DNA of 44,459 bases, the filler included, from Jimgerdemannia flammicorona (Eukaryota), in the NCBI GenBank assembly GCA_003990765.1. It is 2 parts of 2 records of this genome, joined end to end, with 100 filler letters (N's around TTAATTAATTAA, not from the genome) between each part and the next. Parts side by side here need not be neighbours in the genome. Positions count along the whole stretch, not along the records: positions 22,282 to 44,459 come from RBNJ01001325.1; 1 more part is not named here. One strand, written 5' to 3'. How positions within the stretch are numbered: the first letter of the stretch is position 1; the number at the start of each line of letters is the position of its first letter. A program made the translations under genes and the position numbers. Shown piece after piece: positions 24,198 through 35,391 of this stretch. Under the pieces are notes generated by a model. It saw only the letters and a list, made by a program, of their open reading frames with translations. It did no database searches and had not been told where the DNA came from.

Positions 24198-24920
24198 TGT
24201 AATAACTCTCACTTCTACCCCTCTCTTATCCTTTAGATAATTAGGGAAGTGGACTATTACTTAGGGACTTAGTACACAATGTATACCAAGAAGCCTTCAG
24301 TTTGAGGAAGCACTCACTTATAAGTAAGTGTAGTGGCAGTACCTTATCTTTCAAAGGTCTTTCTCTTGTGTCCTATTTCGAGGGTCTTGTTCTTTGCTGT
24401 ACACAGACTGAATTCACCTTGGAATTCAGGTTCAATGGGTTTACTTAAGTCTTTGGGGATTTATATACTGGTCTCAGTTCTGGCAGAAGTTAGCTAGGCT
24501 TCTGGAGTTTAGTCAGAAACACTAGAGTCACTTAGATGTCATTACTAAGACTCAGGGGAATGTGTGTGTGTGGGGGGGACTTGATTCTTGTATCAAGGAC
24601 TAAACTAAAACTGCTTTATTTCGGATAGAAACTGGGGGGTATTTATACAAGTTGGTCCACGATTTCTGACTAAGTATGAGTGACTAATTTGGTAACTATA
24701 ATGAGGTTTAAAGAATATCTTTGTGATCAGAACCTCAATTACTAGGCAATGACCAGCAGCTGTAACAACAGTTGCTGCAGCACTGATTGTTGGGGATAAG
24801 CTGGATATCATTTTTTGCATTATTTCACATCGTTTGTCATTTGTATATTGCACTTTATTCATATGATGATGTCATCACCGTTGGGTCACATGATCACTCA
24901 TCATGCCTTGTTCTATTACA
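24198..24920 (-). repeat. 3' LTR of Gypsy B (723 bp)
   Basis: Colinear with 32483-33237; differences are almost all transitions plus one ~30-bp indel. Confidence 0.95.
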
Positions 24921-25761
24921 TCCTTCCCTCCTTAGAAATCAACATCCTCGTTGATTGAGAAATTGAGAACCAGAGGAGAGAAAGGTGGGGAATCCTGCTC
25001 AGGGTTGTTGGCATCTTCTTCAGTAGCAGGGGGGTAGTGGTTGCTGATGGCTCACTGTCCAGGATAGAGAAGTCAATGAGGTCTGCAAATGGTTCTTGTA
25101 TTGGGATAGGTGCTGGTATAGGGGTTCTCCATCTGATGCGGTTGGGGCCATCCAAGTAGGGTTCTTGATTCTCATGCCTGGGAATATCCATTTGGATGGG
25201 CAGTCCTTCAAAGAGGTCAGAGAGGCCTTGGAGCCATTGGTCAGAGTTGTCATTCAGGAGGGGGCTCTAGTAGGGTTTGTAGTCAATAGACTTGAGGGTG
25301 ATCTAGGAGTTGGCTTCTTGGGCTACCTTGATTTCTAGTTTGTCAACCTCAAAGAAGGAGAGGTTCTGGAAGTTCTTCAGTTGGATATAGTTGAGGTTGG
25401 GGATTGCAAAGAGTATATGACACATGATTTGATGGATCTTCTTGAAAAGTCTTTGCTTGCTCCCATCCAAGTGGGTCCAATCAGAAACTTGGTCCATGAG
25501 CAGATCCTTTGCCTATTGGAGAAGTTGATGGCCAATCTCATATTCATGCCAGATCTCTAGGCAGCTAGTGGTAAGGTAGGCTCTTTTGATGACTTTGCAG
25601 CAGTTGAGGACATAATGTCCTAGGTCCTGGCTGGAGAGGTCAAGGGCCTCTGAGTGGCAGTTCCTTCCTTAGATAGCAATCTGGATGTGTCCAAAGAGAT
25701 GGTCAACCTGGTTTGGAAGGGGCTGGCTATGGTGGGTAGTTTGGCAGCGAGTGGCAGGCAT
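24916..25761 (-). pseudogene. Extra ORF3 of Gypsy B (282 codons, unknown function)
   Basis: ATG at 25761. Track ORFs 25303-25497 and 24916-25191 are in the same frame, and there are only four internal stops (TAA/TAG). TATAAATA at 25833-25826 upstream. Confidence 0.7.
24921..24933 (-). other. Polypurine tract of Gypsy B
   Basis: AAGGAGGGAAGGA abutting the 3' LTR on the - strand. Confidence 0.85.
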
Positions 25762-26439
25762 TCTTGTCTTGTCCTTTTCTTTGTGAAGAGAGGAGATGAG
25801 AGTTGCAGAGTATTCTTACCTTGGGTATTTATACTTATTCACCCATCTGATATAACCTTCCTTTGGTCACACTTTCTGACAAAATACATGACCTATTGCT
25901 GTAAGTGAGGTATGTGCTGGTCACATGAGAAAATCCTGATTTCGAAGATATCATCACTTGTAGTTATGGTTATACAGGGTTAACAGGTCTTGGTTCTCTT
26001 TTTTTTTGTCTGGTTGGTGCATTTGCAAGGACTGGCCATCCTTGTCTAGAGTGAGGGCTCTCATTGTCACAGCTGGAGGTTTGAACCTCTCAGAAATAGA
26101 CTTTTCTTATAATCTGAGGCAATTCCTAGTAATAATATCTATCATGTAGATGGACTTAGACTGGTTTCAATGTGCTCGGCTTTCCTAAGTTCCATATGAA
26201 GCATCTATTATCATCCAGCAGAGATGACATAGATGGTGTGAAATGGAGTTGTTCAAATGTGTTTTGCTGTACTGTACTAGATTGTTCATTTGCTTAGGTA
26301 TCTTCTTGTTGATTATCCATAGTGTTCTCTTTTTTTGCAATGTTTGGTATTATATGTTTCCAGGTAAGTATGTGGTATCCTTCTGCTTACTGTGAGCTCC
26401 AAATCCTAGAGCTGCAGTTCCTTTCTTTGCTGAGGAGTG

Positions 26440-27800
26440 AGTGTTTCTATATAGTTCTGGAGAGCTTTGCATGCATTCTTCAGGGTTTCTTATTTTTCTC
26501 AGGTGGCATCATGGGTGGGGTAACCCTTCCACTTGATCAGGAAAAACCACTTAACTGTTTTAGGATATTTGCAGACCTTGTGGTCAAGTACTTCCTCAAT
26601 TTCAAATTCCTTGTGATCATTGATCCTAATTGGGGGTAGTAGTGGAATTGTATGCTTGGGAAATGGATTCTCATGGTAGTCTACCAATTGGCTGATATAG
26701 AATACTGGGTGTACTTGGATATTATGGGGAAGTTGCAACTTGTAGTTGACTTCGCTGATCTTTTCTATGATCTTGTATGGTCCAATTCTTCTAGCATGGA
26801 GTTTCTTGGCTGGTTGTTATGCCAGAGTGTCTGGTCTGTTCTAAGTATGACCATGTCACCAATATTGTAGGAGGCTTCTCTTTGCTTCAAGTTCATGTAC
26901 TTGGTCTGATAGTCTTGTGCTTCTATGAGAGTATCTCTTGTCATTCGGGTAAGGTCAGAAATAGTCTCGGCCAGATCTTGGGCTACTGGGACTGCTGATT
27001 TCACAGTAGTACTTGAGGTCCTTGGGTGTTGACCATGGTTCAGGAAAAATGGAGTCTTCTTTGTGAAGGTTTACTGACTGTTATTGTAGGCAAACTTGGT
27101 ATGGACTAGATATTTGTCCCAATCATTTTGCTTGTAACAGCAGAAGATGCTAAGCATCTGTTTGATAGTCCTGTTGGTATGCTTGGTTTGACCATCAGTC
27201 TGAGGGTGGTAGGCAGTAGAGAACTTCAGCTTGGTTCCATAGAGAGAGAAAAATGCCTTCTAGAAGTTGCTTGTGAACTTGGTATCTCAGTCAGATATAA
27301 TAGTACTAAGCATGCCATGTAGCCTGAATACTTAATTGAGGAAAATCTCGGTAATCTCTGGTACTGTAGTAGTGGTCTTGGTGGGTGCAAAATGGGCTTG
27401 TTTACTTAGGCAGTCCATGAATACCACAATAGCATCCCATCCTGTCTTGGTCTTGGGAAGTTGGACAATGAAGTCCATTGCAATCTGGTCCCAGTTGTGA
27501 CTTGGGATAGGCAAGGGTTGCAGGAGTCTGGCTGGTAGCTTGTTATCACTTTTAAACCTTTGGTACATCTTGCATGAGATCACAAAGTCTTTGATGTCCT
27601 TGGTCATTTTTGGTCAGTAGAACTCTCTTGAGAGGAGATTGTAGGTCTTTTCGAAACCAAAATATCCTACTGCAGGAGTATCATGGAGTTCCTGCATGAT
27701 CTTGAGCTGCAGAGTATCATTGTTGGATACAACCACTCTGTCATAGTCCCTATAGATAAGTCCATCATGATAGGTGAATCTCTTGGCCATTTGCCTCATG
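26440..27800 (-). pseudogene. Gypsy B integrase with GPY/F region and C-terminal chromodomain
   Basis: HDTPAVGYFG, IAMDFIVQLPKT, AYHPQTDGQT and VHPVFYISQL; chromodomain EFEIEEVLDHK...FLIKWKGYPTHDAT at ~26500-26610. Confidence 0.93.
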
Positions 27801-27939
27801 GGTTCTGGAACCTTGGCCTCTGGATCTTGGCAGAATTGAAGAAAGTTTGTCAGGGGGCTGTCCTGCTGGTAGCCATCCTTGATCATTTGGGTAAGGTCTT
27901 TAATTACTTTGACCATGAAGACAAGTTTATCTTCCATGT

Positions 27940-29250
27940 ATCTGGAGAAACCATCAGCCACACAGTTGGTTTTGCCTGGGATATACTTGATTTCTATATC
28001 AAAGTTGGTAATGATTTCCATCCAGCAGGCTTGTCTATGGGTCAGTATGGGCTGTATGTGAATATACTACAATGTATAGTGATCAGTATAGGCTACAAAT
28101 GGCTGTCCTAGGAGGAAATGGCGCCATTCCTGAAGTGCAGTAATAATAGCCAGGAGTTCCTTCTCATAGGTGGTATACTGGGTCTCAGCTGGCTTGAGCT
28201 TTTGTAAAAGGTAGGCCACTAGGCAGTCTTTTTGGCTGAGTATTGCCCCAATGGCAATGTCAGAGGCATCTGTGGTCAGAGTGAATGGCCTGGTAGGGTC
28301 AGGTGCAATTAGCACTGAGGTCTCAGTAAGGAGTCTCTTGAGATGGTCCATAGCCAGGGTGTATTCAGAGGTCTATTCAGTTTTGATATTCACTCCTTTG
28401 TGGACCAGGCTGGTTAATAGAGCTGCAATAGCAGAGTATCTTTAGATAAACCTTTGGTAATAACTGGTAATACCCAGAAAGTGCTGAAGTAGCTTGAGGG
28501 TAGTAGGAATAGGGATATCCTTAAGGGCTGATACCTTTCAGGGGTCCACATTGATACCTTCAGCAGAGATGATGTGTCCTAAGTACTCGATCTGGTCTTA
28601 ATAGAACTTATACTTGCTCATCTTGGCATAGAGCTGGTGTTCTTGCAGGAGGGTCAGTACTTGTCTGAGGTGAGTGTAATGTAGCTCTACTGTCTCACTG
28701 TAGATTAGTATATCGTCAATATATACAAGAATACAGATGTTGAGGAGTGGTCCAAAGATGTCATTCATCAGATACTGGAATATTGCTGGTACATATATTG
28801 GTCAATCCAAAAGGCATGACTCAGAACTGGTAGTGTCCAAACTGTGTTTGGAAAGCTGTTTTCTCGATGTCCTTCTCATCAATGAGAATCTGGTGGTAGC
28901 CATTTCACAAATCCAGTAGAGAAAAGGTCTTGGTCTTGAAGATTTGGTGTAGCAACTCATCAATCCTAGGTAAGGCATACTGGTTCTTGATAGTAATCTT
29001 GTTGAGGGCTCTGTAGTCAATACACATTCACAGAGAGCTATCCTTCTTCTTGACAAATAGAATGGGGGCTCCAAATGGAGAGCAGCTAGGTTCAATGTAT
29101 CCTTGGGCCAGTAGTTTTGTCAACTCGTCCTTGAGGGTCTTGAGTTCAGGCTGAGCCAGTTGGTAGATACTCTTATATAGGGGTTCAGATCCTGGAATAA
29201 GATCAATTCCATGTTGGATTTGGCACTTGGGTGGAAGTCCTTGGGGGTCT
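27940..29250 (-). pseudogene. Gypsy B reverse transcriptase + RNase H
   Basis: [27 protein letters not shown] (~28700-28735), LTTDASDIAIGAIL, YEKELLAII, FVAYTDH. Confidence 0.94.
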
Positions 29251-29499
29251 TGGAATATATCTTAGAATTCTTCAAATAGTTCTTGAGCTTCTGTTGGAAT
29301 TGGACTACTTATAGCTTCAGTGACTTCTTGTACTGTACAGATGAAGTAGGTGTTTCCCTTTTTTCAAGAGAGTCTCTTCATTTGAATGACAGAGATGATT
29401 TCGATTCCTTGGTGGTTGGTACCTTCCTGTGGTGTCAGGGTAATCTTTCTGTCTTTGTGAGTCAGGTTAACCTCATTGGTTCTCCAGTTGATGTCTGGG

Positions 29500-29790
29500 T
29501 TGTACTGGGTCAACCAGGCTTTTCCTAGGATAATGTCTTATCCTGGGAGGTCTACAATGCTGAAGTCTAACTTCTCTTGATATTTGTCAATCTTGAGCAA
29601 AAGATCTTTGCAGATCTTGGTCAATGGTGCAGTTTTACCATCACTAAAGATAACACTTCTTTTCTCAGTGATTGATCTGCTTTGGGCTCCAATCCTCTTG
29701 GCAGTCTTGGTACTGATGTAGTTTCCAGTAGCACCACTATCAAGCAAGATATTGACATTTTGTCTGTGGACTTGGCCTGTGAACTTGATG
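29500..29790 (-). pseudogene. Gypsy B aspartic protease
   Basis: LLDSGATGNYIS...DIILGKAWL; in frame with the upstream dUTPase ORF. Confidence 0.9.
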
Positions 29791-30109
29791 CAACTATTCT
29801 CCTTTTTGATAGTATTGAGCTCTTTATCTTCATTGTTGTCCCAATTGCTGTCAGTCTCCTCAAAGTCAGTTTCTCTCCATCCTTCACAAGGAGGGTTGTC
29901 TTGTTTGGGTTCCTCAGTCTGTTGAGCTTAGTGTTTCTCAGATTGAATTTTGAAGACTTTGGAGAGGCATGCATGGTATTCACCAATATGTTCCATGTAG
30001 TATATTTGAATAGAATGAGGGCATCATCTACATGGTACATAACCATCTGCAATTCTCTTATACCAGTTTTCATCATCTTCCTTCATGGTAGTGACCTTTT
30101 GACTGGGAG

Positions 30110-30530
30110 GTTTGTTGGTAAATCCAAACCCTTTCTTGCCATGATCTGTCTGGGAGAGTTCGGGGACTTCTTCAATGGTGAGATCTTGATGGATTTTTTC
30201 AATGATTGCTTGGGCAATCCTTTGGCCTGTTTTGACTTCAAATGATGTATCTCTAAAATTTTGCAAGATGACATGGATTTCACCAGTAAATCCTTGGTCA
30301 ACTACTCCTCCTTCTAGTCCAATATTGAACTCTTTGGCTAGGCTGCTTCGCTCAGCAAGGCAGATGTATGTTCCTTTAGAGGCTTGCATTGCAATTTCTG
30401 TTCGCACTGTAGCATTGGTACTTGGTGGAATAGTGAGGTCTTGACTGCTGTAGAGATCATATTCAGCATCGGTTGGGTGGGCCTTAGTGGGGATGGTAGC
30501 CTTATACTATATCTTCTATACTTTGATGAC
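30110..30530 (-). pseudogene. dut: Trimeric dUTPase domain of Gypsy B (between the gag zinc knuckle and protease)
   Basis: DAEYDL, ERSSLA, GGVVDQGFTGEIHV, GQRIAQ, HGKKGFGFT. Confidence 0.92.
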
Positions 30531-30549
30531 ATTCTCAGGGTTCTTCTTT

Positions 30550-32381
30550 CCTAGGCCTTCTCAACAGTAATGTTCTGATTACTGAGTTTGCCTGATCTGT
30601 TTCTCTTCTTGGGACATTTGACTGAGATGTGTCCTGCCTTCTTGCAGATGAAGTACAATCCCTTTTCATAGAGCTGCTTCTTCTCATCCTTGGTGGGAGG
30701 TCTGGGTCCTCTGGGATTTCACTGGTTCCTTTGATCATTATTTTGATCATATATATCTTTGATCATATCTTTGATCATTTCTCCTAGTAGGATTCCTTCT
30801 ATCTTAGTTATTCTTCTTATATTATTGATTTTGTGGAGCTTGTGTAGCAAGGATGTTGTGGGCTCTTCTTTGTACTTGGGCAAAGCACCATAAGTAGTGA
30901 GGACATCCTTGGGGAAGACCTTGTTCTTTGATCTTCTGGGTGAGCCAGTCTGGTAAGGCTGCAAAGAGGTGGTTGGCTCTAGTATCATTGATGGCCAAAT
31001 TGTTCTCCTGGTAGATAAGTCCAATGGTTTTGAGGTAGGCATCCATTCTGGTGGCAAAGGTCTCTAGATCTTCTTTGCCATTCTTGTGGAACTTCATCTG
31101 GGACAGTTTGTTCCAAGTTTCTTATATATAGGCTGCATTTTGGAATTTGGTCAGTAGCAAGGCCTTGAGTCCTGGGCCTGCTTCATAGTCATTCCAACCT
31201 GGTCTATTGTTGGTAGGTGCTTGTTCAATGACTTGGGGGTGGGCTTCCCAGGTTACTAGGTGTTGTTCCAAGGTTCGCCAGAATTCAGCTGCTGTTCCAG
31301 TGAAGAATGTGGCTACTGTTTCCACTTGTGCTGCTGATGTGGCAAACAGCTGTTGAAGGGTGTTGTTCTGGTTATTAGTGAGCATTCCTATAGGCACTCG
31401 GTTGTCATTCCATTGGTTTGATTGGTAGCCTGTATCAACTGCATTGATGAAGTTTTCAATATCACTGTTTTTTCTGCTGAATGTTGGGATTTGCAAGGTT
31501 TTGGTTGGTTTGTTCTGTTTGGCAATCTGTCCTACTATCCCTGCTAGTGCTGCTAGCTAAGTAGTCAGTACTGCAATGTTGGCATCTACCATTGTTTTGA
31601 CTATTGGTGGTAGGCCTGTTGAGGTAGATTCTCCTGAAGATTGTTCTGCTTAATGGAGTTGTGGGGCTGTATGTCTTGGGGTTACTTAGTTTCCAGATAT
31701 TAAGTCAAAGAGTCCTGTGAGAGAGGGTAAACCAAACCTCTGTATAGGTGGCTAGGTTGGTTCTGGGGTCTGATATTTTTGATCTGTAGTTCCTTAGTAA
31801 ATTCCTAGGCCTGCTGTTCCTTGTTGGCTATCATCAGACTAGTAACCTGTAGAGTTTTCATCTGACTCCCTTTCCTGATGAGATAGTGCATTCTCGTACT
31901 AACTACGTCCTTCAAAGAGGATATCAGTTTCTGGCTGAGTAGATGGGCCTGCTCCTTGTTCAGTGGTAGAGGATGAGTGGCCTGCTTGCTCGTTCTCATA
32001 CCTAGTTATGATAGAGGCATAGTATATAACTAGTCTGTAGTAGAGGGAGGTCTTGGTTGGGGTATGATGATATCTATCAGAGGCAATCCACTCAGTAGCT
32101 GCTTTTCTTGCAACAGGGGGTGTGATATAATCTAGAAAATCCTGGGTAGCTGCAGCAGTAGATTCTGGGGTCCTAGTGGTTTCAATGTATCCTTGGAGGA
32201 GTTCGTAGAACCTACAGTGGCTAACAATATTTCTAAGTCCTGAGTGGTATGTCCTAAAGGCCTGGTATATATCCTTGTAAGTCTGGTCAATTACAAGCTG
32301 GTGGGTCCTTGGGTCTGTGGTTTCCTGGTACCACCTGATCCTAATAGCAAGGGCTTCTCTGGCTCTGGTTTGAGGATCCAC
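30550..32381 (-). pseudogene. Gypsy B gag with long N-terminal extension
   Basis: IPTFSRKNSDIENFINAVD, EDLETFATRM and the zinc knuckle YFICKKAGHISVKC (~30612-30655). ORF 31899-32381 is in the same frame as 31122-31496. Confidence 0.85.
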
Positions 32382-32467
32382 AGTTGATTCTGGGAGTTAC
32401 TCCTGTCCAAGGTTGGTCTTATTCCAACTTCAGGAGTGTGTTCTTTGGTGCCTTCTTAGCTGATAAA

Positions 32468-32479
32468 CTACTGCTGCCA
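32468..32479 (-). other. Primer-binding site of Gypsy B, tRNA-Leu-like
   Basis: TGGCAGCAGTAG, 3 nt inside the 5' LTR, equals the tRNA-Leu PBS start TGGCAGCGGTGG with two G-to-A changes. Confidence 0.6.
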
Positions 32480-32482
32480 AGT

Positions 32483-33237
32483 TGTAATAATTCTCACTTC
32501 TACTCCTCTCTTATCCTTTGGATAATTAGAGAAGTAGACTATTACTTAGAGGCTTAGTACACAATGTGTACTAAGAAGCCTTCAGTTTGAGGAAGCACTT
32601 GCTTATAAGTAAGTGTAGCAGCAGTACCTTATCTTTCAAAGGTCTTTCTCTTGTGCCCTATTTCAAGGGTCTTGTTCTTTGTTGTGCACAGACTGAATTC
32701 ACCTTGGAATTCAGGTTCAATGGGTTTACTTAAGTCTTTGGGGATTTATATACCAGTCTCAGTTCTGGCAGAAGTTAGCTAGGCTTCTGGAGTTTAGTCA
32801 GAAATACTAGAGTCACTTAGATGTCATTACTAAGACTTAGGGGAATGTGTGTGTGTGGGGGAGACTTGATTCTTGTATCAAGGACTGAACTAAAACTGCT
32901 TTATTTCGGATGGAAACTGGGGGGTATTTATACAAGTTGGTCTACAATTTCTGACTAAATATAAGTGACTAATTTGGTAACTATAATGAGGTTTATGATC
33001 ATGACCTTTGTTAGGTAGTTTTTGGTAAAGAATATCTTTGTAATCAGGACTTCAATTACTAGGTAATAATCAGCAGCTGTGGCAACAGTTGCTGTGGCGC
33101 TGATTGTTGGGGATAAGCTGGATATTGTTTTCTATATCATTTCACATCATTCGTCATTCATATGTTGTGCTTCGTTCATATGATGACGTCATTGCCATCA
33201 GGTCACGTGATCACTTGTCATGCCTTGTTCTATTACA
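32483..33237 (-). repeat. 5' LTR of Gypsy B (755 bp)
   Basis: TGTAATAA...CTATTACA, colinear with 24198-24920. Confidence 0.95.
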
Positions 33238-35391
33238 TTATCCTCTAACCAGTCAATCAGAAGGTTGTATACTGGTATTGCCAAGCTTATTGTCAGGGTC
33301 ATTTATTTGACTATATCCTTCATACAATTGTTGAAACACTGGCAGTTATATGTGATGAGGTATTGCATTGTACAGAGGCAGACAAAATAAGTACAGAGGC
33401 TGACAAAACAAGTATGGAGCCAGAGCAATCACCACTTACTTCCAAAACTCTGACAATATTCCTAAGTATATTCCACTCATTTTCACCTAGAGCCTCGGCC
33501 CATATTTCCTTATCAGCAGCCACTGTTGAATCTATTGGCTTTTTTTGTTTTTTTAAAATAAATCTTCAATCATCCGAAACAAGTTGCTTCAGCTGACTGA
33601 AGAAAAAAAGGACGCATATCACAGCAAACTCCAGCATGCACTGGATCACTGCAAATGTTGAGTTCCAATGCATACAGATATCCAATATAAGCTCTTTTGG
33701 GGCTAAACTAATTGCCCTATACTATACAGTGAATTTGTCTCATCATTGCAGGGATAATCAGACTGATACAACCAGGTTGCGCAGCTTGGAAATTATACTC
33801 AGGGCCCCTTCTCTCTTGGATGTTTTGTCTATATGCATAAGATAGTTCTGAACAGCGAGATTCAGTACATGGGTCTGGCATCATATATGGCAGCTTTCTG
33901 TACCAAAGGCCACATTTTCCCATTTGAGGCTAGTCACTAAAACTTTGAAAAATGTTGAGTTGTTTGTGGTATTGTCTATTGTAATAGCCAAAATCTGTAC
34001 TTGAAATATTTGATTAGCAAATTTATGTGAAAATAAATAATCAATAAAATCTGATTTGGTTTAGGACCTCCCTCAAAACCTTTTTTACCTTGGTGGTGAT
34101 CCCAAGCTCCCAGATATAACTGATAAAAGCATCTGCAATATTGTCTCCAGAATGAGGGCCAGCAAGTTTGACAAAGTCAAGAGTAAGATATTTAAGCTGC
34201 CAATCGAGGTCAATCCAATGACTGGTAATGCCCAGAAATAAAATTACATTGGGGGATATCCATGTATCAATCGTAAATGAAATTTTGCCTACTGAATTCT
34301 GCTTATGGAATGTGAGGTTAAATTGGTGAGCTCTTTTATATAATTTAGCTTACAAAGGTCATAGTGCTGCCCTTATTTTATCTGAAGTATCTGGCAGAGA
34401 TTATCATGCTCCTTCCTATAGGCCTCCAGGACATCTTTGTGAATAGTATTGACACTTGACAAATATAAATTATGCTTGAGGAGGCCAAAGATACTATGCA
34501 ATTGATCACTCTCAATAGTTGTGAATGGCTGGTCTGTACATACAATCCAGCAAATGAGCTGATTTCAAAATTCTACCAAAGAGTATGGCTAAATATTTTT
34601 GATTAAATGGCATTGTTGGTACAGAAATGGTTGGGCAATCAGATAAATGTACTCACTACAGCTTGGATGTTGATTTTATTTGTCTCCATGTTCTTTTTGA
34701 TTTTGTCAGAGTACTTGTCTTTTATGTGTCAATTCATATTCGAAGTTGTACCCCCAAGCATTTTGAACTTCTGGCTGATGCAGTTCATGGGGGTGGATGA
34801 AACAATATCATGTGTATATCAAAACAAACAAAAAGTGTCAATAGGTATGTCTCAATTTTTTACCTACAATAATTACAAACAACATCATCTCCTATCTTAG
34901 CATAATGTTGCCAGATTTCAGAGCAAGGATTGTGTGGAAGGTGTGGAGCTATCAGGGATGTTTGACTTGAAGCATCATCAGTACTGTGAACTGTTGAAGA
35001 CTGATCTATTGACATGTGTGTTTGTATGTTTATGTATGCATGTGTGTGCATGTGTGTGTATATTGTATTGTGGATACATCTGGCATATGAGTCATGTAGA
35101 GAATTTGGATTGGAGGATTTGGTTGAAGGATTCAGATGAGGATTTGGATTGAAGGATTCAAATTGGAGGATTCAAATTGGAGAATTCAAATTGGAGAATT
35201 CAGATTGAGTAATTCGGATTGAGTGATTTGGATTGAGTGATTCAGATTGAGTAATTCAGATTGAGTGATTTGGATTGGGGTGGTTTGGATGAGTGATTCA
35301 GATGGGGCAATTCAGATGGGATGATTTGGATTAATCCGAGTTGATTCGGATGGCTTTGGATTTGATTCGAATTGACTCATTCAGAGTACTA
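33238..35391 (-). mobile_element. 5' part of a hAT DNA transposon: TIR, subterminal repeats, intron-containing BED-finger/DDE transposase pseudogene
   Basis: Terminus TAGTACTCTGAATGAGTC at 35391 and (GGATT/ATTC.)n repeats at 35100-35375. BED finger EIWQHY...VVCNYC / GTTSNM..HI. TDQPFTTIES, FTIDTWISPN..FLGITSHWID, GPHSGDNIA, ITIDN, C.THVLNL, WNST. Confidence 0.92.

Larger units (their letters stand above)
24198..33237 (-). mobile_element. Full-length Ty3/Gypsy chromodomain LTR retrotransposon B: LTR-PBS-gag-dUTPase-PR-RT-RNaseH-INT-chromo-ORF3-PPT-LTR
   Basis: TGTAAT...ATTACA LTRs. 5-bp TSD TTGTC (24193-24197) / TTATC (33238-33242). The hAT reading frame rejoins across it (LLIDWLED|KLE). Confidence 0.96.

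Noticed and set aside
24916..25761. Calling ORF3 an envelope gene (also 12185-12739)
   Set aside because: No signal peptide, furin site or convincing transmembrane anchor; only the position is env-like.
35020..35065. (TG)n/(TGTA)n microsatellite
   Set aside because: A simple repeat in the hAT 5' leader with no further structure.
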